Below are positions 47,926 to 55,082 of a DNA stretch of 64,000 nucleotides, in pieces (positions within the stretch are counted from its first letter, which is position 1; every line of letters begins with the position of its first letter). The notes below the pieces were generated by a model, which was given only the letters and a program-made list of their open reading frames with translations, ran no database searches and was not told the origin of the DNA. The stretch comes from Terriglobia bacterium (GTDB lineage Bacteria > Acidobacteriota > Terriglobia > Bryobacterales > Bryobacteraceae). Position numbers and translations under genes: made by a program. The stretch lies in contig CAWCPE010000016.1 in assembly GCA_963797245.1 (NCBI GenBank), positions 69,912-133,911 of the forward strand. Direction: 5' to 3'.

Positions 47926-49137
47926 ATGGCGACGACTTTTCATTTTCGGGCGGTGGCTTCCGACGGGAAGGTGCGAACCGGCACGGTTACTGCGGACAAC
48001 GACAAGTCGGTCGCGCGGGAGCTGAAGCGGCAGGGATTGATTCCGGTCTACGTCGGACTCGAACAGAAAAAAGGGTTCGACCTCCAGATCCCCACATTCG
48101 ATCGCGGCAAGCGGCGCGACGTGTTGTTCTTCACGCAGGAGCTTTCGACGCTGCTCAATGCCGGAATTCCGCTCGATCGAGCGATTTCGATCACGGCCGA
48201 GCTCAGCGACCGCCGCTCGTTCCGGTCGCTGGTGATGGACGTTTTGCGGGTGCTCAAAGGCGGCAAATCGCTGGCCGACAGCCTGGCCACCCATCCGGCG
48301 CATTTTTCCGAGCTGTACATTAATATGGTCCGCGCGGGCGAAGCTTCCGGATCGCTCTCGCAGATTTTCGAGAGACTCTCCGAATTCGAGCGCACGCGCG
48401 ACGATTTGCGCGGATACATTATCAGCTCGCTGATCTATCCCGCGCTTCTGACGCTGGTGGGCATCGGGTCGATCCTGGTGTTGCTGAATTTCGTGGTGCC
48501 GCGGTTTGCTTCGATTTTTTCCGACCCGCGCATGAAAATTCCTACGCCGACCGCGATGCTGCTCGACGCGAGTTGGGTGGTGCAGACCTACGGACCCGCG
48601 GCATCCATCGCGCTGGCGGTCGCCTTCGTCGCGTTTCAGGCCTACATTCGAACCGTGGCCGGGCGCATGTGGTGGGACACGTTTCGATTGAAGCTGCCGC
48701 TGCTGGGCGACGCGCTGCGCAAAGCCGAGACGGCGCGATTCGCGCGTGCCATGGCGACGCTGGTGGCGGCCAGCGTGCCGCTGGTGCAGTCGCTCGGAAT
48801 CTCGCGCGGGATTTTGAATAACCGGAGAATCGCCGGATCGCTCGAAGCGATCGCGCAGGGAGTGAAGCGCGGTGAAGGCATCGCGGCGCCGCTGACCCGC
48901 GCAGGCGAATTTCCGCCGCTGGCCGGGCATCTGCTGGCGGTCGGCGAAGAGACCGGCCATCTCGACACCATGTTCAATCGCATGGCGGATATTTACGACA
49001 ACGAAACCCGCACGGCCATCCGGCGATTCACTTCGCTGTTTGAGCCGCTGATCATCCTGGTGATGGGACTGATCGTGGGAACATTGATTCTGAGCCTGAT
49101 GCTGGCGATCACCAGCATTAATGACGTGGCGGTGTAA
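47926..49137 (+). CDS. gspF: Type II secretion inner-membrane platform protein GspF
   Basis: 403 aa with two T2SSF repeats (FTQELSTLLNAGIPLDRAI... and FARAMATLVAASVPLVQSL...) and three TM regions. Confidence 0.9.
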   Translation: MATTFHFRAVASDGKVRTGTVTADNDKSVARELKRQGLIPVYVGLEQKKGFDLQIPTFDRGKRRDVLFFTQELSTLLNAGIPLDRAISITAELSDRRSFRSLVMDVLRVLKGGKSLADSLATHPAHFSELYINMVRAGEASGSLSQIFERLSEFERTRDDLRGYIISSLIYPALLTLVGIGSILVLLNFVVPRFASIFSDPRMKIPTPTAMLLDASWVVQTYGPAASIALAVAFVAFQAYIRTVAGRMWWDTFRLKLPLLGDALRKAETARFARAMATLVAASVPLVQSLGISRGILNNRRIAGSLEAIAQGVKRGEGIAAPLTRAGEFPPLAGHLLAVGEETGHLDTMFNRMADIYDNETRTAIRRFTSLFEPLIILVMGLIVGTLILSLMLAITSINDVAV

Positions 49138-49139
49138 AT

Positions 49140-49571
49140 ATGAATCGCAGAAGAAAATCTCAAAGCGGTATCACGCTGATTGAAATGCTGGTGGTGGTGA
49201 CCATCATTGCGCTGTTCGCGGCGCTGGTGGCTCCCCGCATGATGGGCAAGGCGGACGCGGCGCGCCACACCCAAGCGCACGCGCAGGTCAATTCCTTCAT
49301 GACCGCGCTGGGCGCCTACAAGCTGGACACGGGAACCTTTCCGACCACCGATCAGGGTCTAAACGCACTGCGCGTGAAGCCGGAAAATGCCAACCAATGG
49401 GCGGGACCGTATCTGCCGCAGGACATCCCGATGGATCCGTGGGGCCATCCGTATCTATATAAATATCCGGGTGAGCATGGCGACGAACCGGACGTGATCT
49501 CGCTCGGCGCCGACGGCGCGCCGGGTGGGGAAGGGAATAATGCCGACATCGTCAGCTGGAAGAATAACTAA
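49140..49571 (+). CDS. gspG: Major pseudopilin GspG
   Basis: Prepilin leader MNRRRKSQSG followed by ITLIEMLVVVTIIALFAAL. GspG signature region (GPYLPQDIPMDPWGHPYLYKYPGEHGDEPDVISLGADGAPGGEG). Confidence 0.9.
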   Translation: MNRRRKSQSGITLIEMLVVVTIIALFAALVAPRMMGKADAARHTQAHAQVNSFMTALGAYKLDTGTFPTTDQGLNALRVKPENANQWAGPYLPQDIPMDPWGHPYLYKYPGEHGDEPDVISLGADGAPGGEGNNADIVSWKNN

Positions 49572-49578
49572 GAACCTT

Positions 49579-49641
49579 GCTCCGCTCCCTGGTCGCGGTT
49601 CCGATTGGTGCTCTAACGGAACCGGGCCCGTGAGCGGTTGC
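49579..49641. repeat. Palindromic repeat, family D copy (first of two between gspG and gspH-like)
   Basis: GCTCCGCTCCCTGGTCGCGGTTCCG ... CGGAACCGGGCCCGTGAGCGGTTGC form an imperfect hairpin. Confidence 0.65.
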
Positions 49642-50196
49642 GCGAAGACTCCAGACCTGCTCCCCTCGCTGACGCTCAGGGTTCTGCAAGCCGCTCGTTC
49701 GACGGCTCGCCAAACAGAACCCCGACCGTCAGGGAGGGGAGCTCCGTTTTCACGTCGCGTCGTCAACGAACGCGGCGTCACGCTGATCGAGATGTTGATC
49801 GTGGTGACGCTGATCGCGCTGGTGGCCGGGATCAGTTTTCCGTCGATTGCTTCGGGCGTCGAATCGCTGCGGCTGCGGTCGGCGTCAGATGCCATGGTCG
49901 CGTTTTTCAACACGGCTCTCGATCATGCCGACCGGCGGCAGCAGGCCATTGAGATCCGTATTTCACCCAAGGAAAACCTGCTCACCGCGCGGTCGGCCGA
50001 TAACGGCTTCGCGCGCGAGCTGCATCTTCCGGACAACGTCAGCATTGCGAATCCCACTGAGCCTCGCCGGTTTCTGCTGTATCCGGGCGGGTCGGTTCCC
50101 GCGATTCAGGTCGAACTGGCGACCCACGGCGGACGGCATCGCCGGGTTTCGGTCGATCCGATTACGGGCGTTTCAAAATCGGAAGCGGTTCAATGA
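49630..50196 (+). CDS. gspH: Minor pseudopilin, GspH-like; start codon uncertain
   Basis: Prepilin motif NERG/VTLIEMLIVVTLIALVAGISFP, with the mature part starting at ~49777, and a GspH-like C-terminus. No ATG/GTG/TTG lies between the repeats and the cleavage site. In-frame candidates are GTG 49630, ATG 49540 and GTG 49525. Confidence 0.6.
   Translation: MSGCAKTPDLLPSLTLRVLQAARSTARQTEPRPSGRGAPFSRRVVNERGVTLIEMLIVVTLIALVAGISFPSIASGVESLRLRSASDAMVAFFNTALDHADRRQQAIEIRISPKENLLTARSADNGFARELHLPDNVSIANPTEPRRFLLYPGGSVPAIQVELATHGGRHRRVSVDPITGVSKSEAVQ
49659..49742. repeat. Palindromic repeat, family D copy (second of two between gspG and gspH-like)
   Basis: GCTCCCCTCGCTGACGCTCAGGGTTCTG ... CAGAACCCCGACCGTCAGGGAGGGGAGC. 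The right arm matches 34478-34505. Confidence 0.7.
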
Positions 50197-50609
50197 AGCA
50201 GTCTCAGCGCGGATTCACGCTGCTCGAAGTTCTGGTGGCGACGGCCATCATGGGAATCGCGGTCGCCGGCGTCCTCAATAATCTGGCGAACTCGGCGCGT
50301 AACGCGGCCCGCCTTACGGCTTACGATCGGGCGACGCTGCTCGCCAAATCGAAAATGGACGAGCTGATCGCCAACCAGAAAATCCCGCGCAAGGTTCCGA
50401 TCGAAGGAACGTTCGACCCGGCGATGGCCGGCGGAGCGGCGGGATGGCGCGCGACCGTGACCCCGTTTGAAACGGCCCAGGGCGCGGGGCCGGGAATGTG
50501 GGTGCTCGACCGGATTCAACTCGAAATCTGGTGGATGGATGGGCCAATCCGGCATGCGTTTTCGCTCGAAGCCTACCGGCGCGGCATCCTCCAGCCCGGG
50601 GATATATGA
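50193..50609 (+). CDS. gspI: Minor pseudopilin, GspI-like
   Basis: MKQSQRG/FTLLEVLVATAIMGIAVAGVL prepilin motif, 138 aa. ATGA overlaps at both ends. Confidence 0.75.
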   Translation: MKQSQRGFTLLEVLVATAIMGIAVAGVLNNLANSARNAARLTAYDRATLLAKSKMDELIANQKIPRKVPIEGTFDPAMAGGAAGWRATVTPFETAQGAGPGMWVLDRIQLEIWWMDGPIRHAFSLEAYRRGILQPGDI

Positions 50610-51290
50610 AAGAGCGCGGTTTCACGCTCATAGAAATGATGATCGCGATTACGCTGGTTGCGGCGATTTCGACCACCATGCTGTTCGCCATCCGAGCCGG
50701 GCTGATTACGCTGCAGAAGGTGGACGACCGGTTGATGTCTAACCGCCGGGTGATGAGTGTCGAGCGCATTGTGCGCGAATCAACTGGGCGGTGTGATGCC
50801 GGTGATCGGCTATTGCTCCGACAATACGCAGATGCCGATTTTCAATGGCAGTGACCAGACGCTGCACCTGGTGACCAGTTATTCGCTTGCGGAGGGCGCC
50901 CGCGGGTATCCTCACATCGTGGAATTGCAGGTGCTTCCGGCCGACGGCGGCGGAGTCCGGCTGATCGCCAATGAATTTCTGTACGGCGGCCCGTATTCGA
51001 CCGCGCCGTTCTGCGCGGGCAACGCTTTCCGGGTGGGCGTCGCGACGCCGCAATCCTTCGTGATCGCCGACCGTCTGGCGTACTGCCACATTTCGTATCA
51101 GGATCGTGACCCGTCCACTTACATGGGGACGGTCTGGCTGCCGCAGTGGAGCAAGACGAATCTTCCAGCCGCGGTGCATGTGGAGATGGCGCCGCTGATT
51201 CCCGATCCGGCTCGCCTGCCGCTGGTGAGCGTCACCGTTCCGATTCACATTAATCGCGATGTCAATGCGCCTTATACCGATTCACAATAA
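50606..51290 (+). pseudogene. gspJ: Minor pseudopilin, GspJ-like, with apparent +1 frameshift near 50777
   Basis: MKERG/FTLIEMMIAITLVAAIS opens at 50606, and that frame stops at 50854 after R-rich sequence. The +1 frame is open from 50757 to 51290 with normal composition (NQLGGVMPVIGYCSDNTQMPIFNGSDQTLHLV...). Joining them near 50777 gives one ~227-aa pseudopilin. Confidence 0.6.
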
Positions 51291-51291
51291 A

Positions 51292-51402
51292 GTGGCGCAC
51301 GCACTCCTGCGTGCCGTGTCGAGACCCATCTCGACACCTCTGCTGCGCCCGAACAATCGTCGGCATGAGTGCCGACGCAGCACGCAGGAGTGCGTGCGCC
51401 AC
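51292..51402. repeat. Structured palindromic repeat, family A copy 2 (gspJ-gspK junction)
   Basis: Begins 2 nt after the gspJ-like stop (TAA 51288-51290) and ends where the GspK hydrophobic N-terminus begins. 100/111 identical to 20762-20872. Confidence 0.85.
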
Positions 51403-52413
51403 GGGGAACGCGGGGGAGCGCTGCTTACCGTGCTATGGCTTTCCGCGGCGCTGGCGGCGATTGCGTTTTCGGTGGCGACCAGCGTCCGATCCGAGACGGA
51501 TCGGGTGGGCTCCGCCTCGGACGGTTTGCGCGCCTGGTATCTGGCGGAGGGATCGGTCGAACGCGGCATCCAGTGGATGCTGTGGGGACCTTCGGTGACC
51601 AACCCGGACGGCTCGCCCCGCTGGCGGCCGAACCTGCCGCGGATGATCATGCACTATCCGAGCGGCGACGCCGTGGTCGAGATGATTCCGGAATCGGCCA
51701 AGCTGAACATCAACACCGCGTCGGCTGATGACTTGACGCGGGTGGTCACCGTGGTTTCGGGCGACCCGGCGCGCGCCGCGCAGATTGTCGCCGCAATCCT
51801 CGACTGGCGCGGGGCGTCGGCCAGCCCAACCGTCTTTGATCAATATTACTTAACCCTCGGTCCGACTTTCCGGGCGCGGCATGCGTCATTTCAAGAGATC
51901 GAGGAACTCCTGCTGGTGCAAGGCATGACGCCCGAATTGTTCTACGGCAACTACATTCCGGATTCCGCGGGCCGGCTGTACGCCTCCGGCGGGCTGCGCG
52001 ATTGCCTGTCGGTGTGGGGCAGCCAGGGGCCGTTCGATATCAACACCGCGAGCCCGGCGCTGATGGAAGCCGTGGGTATGACGCCGGACGCCATCACGGC
52101 CGTGGTCAAGTATCGAAATGCGCAGCCGTTCAACGGCATGGGCGACGTATCCACCTTAGGCGTTTCCGCACCGCGCATGACCGTCGGCGGGAATGTGATC
52201 TGGACGCTGCGCGCCACCGCGCGTCTGCGCCGGCCCGACGGCGGTCCGTCGGAATTCGTGCGGACCGCATCCGCTACCGTGAAGCTGCTGAATCCCGCCA
52301 CTTATTTCATGATGCCAGCGCACGTGCTGCGCTGGTACGACGATGCGTGGTCTGAATCGGCGCTGATTCCCCCCGCCGCGCCCGCGCCGGTTCCGGGAGC
52401 TCCCGCCCAATGA
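51394..52413 (+). CDS. gspK: Minor pseudopilin GspK
   Basis: The GTG at 51394 gives MRHGERGGALLTVLWLSAALAAIAFSV, a typical GspK N-terminus. Also KLNINTASADDL and DINTASPALMEAVGMTPD helix-hairpin-helix-like blocks. Track start 51259 would translate through the repeat. Confidence 0.75.
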   Translation: MRHGERGGALLTVLWLSAALAAIAFSVATSVRSETDRVGSASDGLRAWYLAEGSVERGIQWMLWGPSVTNPDGSPRWRPNLPRMIMHYPSGDAVVEMIPESAKLNINTASADDLTRVVTVVSGDPARAAQIVAAILDWRGASASPTVFDQYYLTLGPTFRARHASFQEIEELLLVQGMTPELFYGNYIPDSAGRLYASGGLRDCLSVWGSQGPFDINTASPALMEAVGMTPDAITAVVKYRNAQPFNGMGDVSTLGVSAPRMTVGGNVIWTLRATARLRRPDGGPSEFVRTASATVKLLNPATYFMMPAHVLRWYDDAWSESALIPPAAPAPVPGAPAQ

Positions 52414-53711
52414 TTCCAGCGGCGTTGAAGAAATTCGCCGCTTTCGGGAGCGGTATTGGAATCGAGATTACCGGCCCGCGCGGAGCCGAGTCTCTGCTCA
52501 TCACAGCCGTGCGCGTTCGGCCCACCGGCGCCAAGGTAACCGGCCGGCTGACGATCGAGAATTTTCCGCACCAGCCGGCGGGCGTGTGGGGCTCCGAGTA
52601 CGCCGCGCTGGTTCGCAAGCTGGATCTCCGGCACGTTCCCGCCATGGTCCTGCTGCCGCGGCAGGACGTCATTCTGCGGCAGCTCGTGCTGCCCGGCGTC
52701 GCCGATAAGGACCTCGAATCGGCCATCCAATTTCAGCTCGACGGCCTTCATCCGTATGCGGAAGATGACGTGGTGTGCAGTTGGGCGCGCCTTCCAGGAA
52801 CGCAAACCGTGTTGATCGCCATCGCGCGGCGCGCCGAAGTGGACCGCTACACTACGGCGTTTTCAGAAGCGGGCGTCAAGTTGGGAGGATTCACGTGCTC
52901 GGCCGCAGCGGTGTATTCCTCGTTGCGGCTTTCGGGCGCGACGCCTCCCGCGGCATTGCTCGCGTCCACGGAGACTGACGGATCGATCGAGATTTACGGC
53001 GAAAGCCCGGCGCATCCGCTGTTTTCAGCGCGCTTCGATTTGCCCGCGCCGCGCGCTGCCGAGCTGGCCTGCGCGGAATTAAGAATAGATCCAGGCATGG
53101 AACCGAAGCCTCTCGAATCGTTATTTCCACTTGGGATTTCGGGCGGCACCGCGCTCCCGTACTGCGCGGCACTCGCTTCGGCGTGCCCGCGGCTGTCGAT
53201 CGCTCTCAATCTTCTTCCCGCCGACCGCCGCGATACCAGCTCGCGGGCCGTGTGGATTCCGGCCGTCGCGCTGGCCGTGCTGGTGCTGATGCTGGCTGGC
53301 GCTCTATTTGCGCTGCCGGTTTATCAGGACCATCTTTACCAAAGATCGCTTCAATCCGAAATCGCCAAGGTGGAACCGGGTGCGCGCCGCGCGGTCACCG
53401 TGGAGCGGGAAATCGATACCGCGCGCAAGCGCACCATCCTGCTCGACGATTTCCGCAGGCGTTCGAAAGCCGACATGGATGTGATTCAGGAGATGACCCG
53501 TCTGCTTCCGCCGCAGGTCTGGCTGAATCTGCTGGACCTCAATCGCACCACCGTGTTTATCGCAGGGGAAACCGACCAGGCCGCGCCGCTTCTGAAGCTG
53601 ATCGACGGGTCGCCGTATTTTGAAGGCTCCGAGTTCGTCCAGCCGCCCATGCGGGCCGCTGCGGGTGGTGAAACCTTCCGGATCCGCACCAACCGGAGGG
53701 CAGGAAAGTGA
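52410..53711 (+). CDS. GspL-equivalent: PilM-like cytoplasmic domain fused to a PilN-like TM/periplasmic domain
   Basis: ATGA overlap with gspK. A ~280-aa cytoplasmic domain, TM segment VWIPAVALAVLVLMLAGALFAL, then a coiled and ferredoxin-like periplasmic part (VWLNLLDLNRTTVFIAGETDQAAPLLKLIDGSPYF). Assignment is by architecture and position. Confidence 0.55.
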   Translation: MIPAALKKFAAFGSGIGIEITGPRGAESLLITAVRVRPTGAKVTGRLTIENFPHQPAGVWGSEYAALVRKLDLRHVPAMVLLPRQDVILRQLVLPGVADKDLESAIQFQLDGLHPYAEDDVVCSWARLPGTQTVLIAIARRAEVDRYTTAFSEAGVKLGGFTCSAAAVYSSLRLSGATPPAALLASTETDGSIEIYGESPAHPLFSARFDLPAPRAAELACAELRIDPGMEPKPLESLFPLGISGGTALPYCAALASACPRLSIALNLLPADRRDTSSRAVWIPAVALAVLVLMLAGALFALPVYQDHLYQRSLQSEIAKVEPGARRAVTVEREIDTARKRTILLDDFRRRSKADMDVIQEMTRLLPPQVWLNLLDLNRTTVFIAGETDQAAPLLKLIDGSPYFEGSEFVQPPMRAAAGGETFRIRTNRRAGK

Positions 53712-53727
53712 TCGGGGGACATTGATA

Positions 53728-54324
53728 ATGGACCCCCGCCATCGCCGCATGCTGCCGGTGCTCGCCGGAATTCTGATCTTGGGCCTGGCGATCCGTTTCT
53801 GGCCGGAAAGCTCCTCGGCGCCCGCCGTGGTTGCTCCCACAGCCGATACCATCGCGGTGGCGGAACGGCGTCTCGCCAAGCTGCGTGAAACCGCGGCGAC
53901 CGTGCCGGCCCGCGAGAAGATCCGCAAGGACGCCGCGGCCGAGCTCGCCACGCGGGAAAAAGGAATGCTGATCGCCGAGACGTTCCAGCAGGCGCAGGCG
54001 CAGCTGATCCAGATTATTCGCGACCTGGGGCGCGCCGAGACGCCGATTGTCGAGATCCGCAATACCGAAGGCTTCGGAATCCGCCCGTTGGGCGACGCGT
54101 ACGGCGAAGCCACCGTCACCGTGCAGGTCGAATGCCGCATCGATCAACTGGTCAACATGCTGGCCGGCCTCGCCGCCCGTAAGGAGCTGGTTTCGACCAG
54201 TGACCTGCGCGTCAACTCGACCAACGCCAAGGAAAAGACCATCATGGTTCACCTGACCGTGGCGGGCGTGGTACCTCGGAAACTGGTGCCCGAGCGGATG
54301 TTGCAGCAGGAGAAACACACATGA
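53728..54324 (+). CDS. GspM/PilO-like bitopic assembly protein
   Basis: Start chosen at MDPRHRRMLPVLAGILILGLAIRFW (short cytoplasmic tail plus TM). The periplasmic domain ends TIMVHLTVAGVV. Assignment is by architecture and position. Confidence 0.45.
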   Translation: MDPRHRRMLPVLAGILILGLAIRFWPESSSAPAVVAPTADTIAVAERRLAKLRETAATVPAREKIRKDAAAELATREKGMLIAETFQQAQAQLIQIIRDLGRAETPIVEIRNTEGFGIRPLGDAYGEATVTVQVECRIDQLVNMLAGLAARKELVSTSDLRVNSTNAKEKTIMVHLTVAGVVPRKLVPERMLQQEKHT

Positions 54325-55082
54325 ACCGGAAGGCGTTGCTGCTCGATCTGGCTTTACTCGCACTGGCCGCCGTGCTGATCTGGCAGATCCGCCAGCGTTG
54401 GCTGGAAGGTCAGGCGCGGGACCGGGCGATTTTCACAAAGGCTGCTTCCAATATTGCGGTCAAGGTATTCGCGCCGCCCCCGGTTACCCCGCCCAAACAG
54501 GTGATTGCCGGCGATTACATCGACGTTGCGCAGAAAATGCTGTTTGCGAAAGACCGCAATCCCAACGTCCCGATCGAGCCTCCGCCTCCGCCGCCGGTCA
54601 AGCCGCCGCTGCCGCCGCTGCCGGCTTACTACGGCCAGATTACGTTCGGGGATCCGGTGGTGGTGCTCGCCGCGGGCAACGGGGGACAGAAGAGATATCA
54701 CGTCGGCGATAAAGTGGGGCCGTTCGAACTGGCCGCTTTCGATAACGAAAAAATCGTGCTGAAATGGCGCGACGAAACCGTGGAGCGCAAGCTGGCGGAT
54801 CTGAAGCCGAAAGACACCGCGCCTGCGCCGGCGGTTGCCCCGCGCGCCGCCGTTCCAGTGGCGCGGAACTCGTCCCAGACCAGCCTCAAGCAAATCGGTT
54901 CTTCATCGACCGAGGCCGGCTCGGACGCCAACAAGGGACCGCTCGGCGTCGATGTCGGAGGCGGATTTCGCGGCTGTACGCCGGGTGACTCGACGCCCGC
55001 CGGCAGCGTAGTCAACGGCTACAAAAAAGTGGTTTCGCAAGGCATGTTCGGTTCTGTCTGCCGCTGGGAGCAAGTCAAGTAA
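54321..55082 (+). CDS. GspC/PilP-like membrane-anchored protein with Pro-rich linker
   Basis: N-terminal TM segment, PPPPPPVKPPLPPLP linker, small beta domain (YHVGDKVGPFELAAFDNEKIVLKW), directly upstream of the secretin. Assignment is by architecture and position. Confidence 0.4.
   Translation: MNRKALLLDLALLALAAVLIWQIRQRWLEGQARDRAIFTKAASNIAVKVFAPPPVTPPKQVIAGDYIDVAQKMLFAKDRNPNVPIEPPPPPPVKPPLPPLPAYYGQITFGDPVVVLAAGNGGQKRYHVGDKVGPFELAAFDNEKIVLKWRDETVERKLADLKPKDTAPAPAVAPRAAVPVARNSSQTSLKQIGSSSTEAGSDANKGPLGVDVGGGFRGCTPGDSTPAGSVVNGYKKVVSQGMFGSVCRWEQVK

Noticed and set aside
50757-51290. Treating the 177-aa ORF as an independent gene
   Set aside because: It has no signal or prepilin motif of its own, starts right after an in-frame stop within the gspJ-like N-terminal ORF, and continues the pseudopilin sensibly after a +1 shift. 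Interpreted as the 3' part of one frameshifted gene.
51259-51393. ATG 51259 as the gspK start
   Set aside because: It would overlap the gspJ-like 3' end and translate the whole family A repeat into a 45-aa R-rich extension. The GTG at 51394 gives a canonical GspK N-terminus. Not excluded experimentally.
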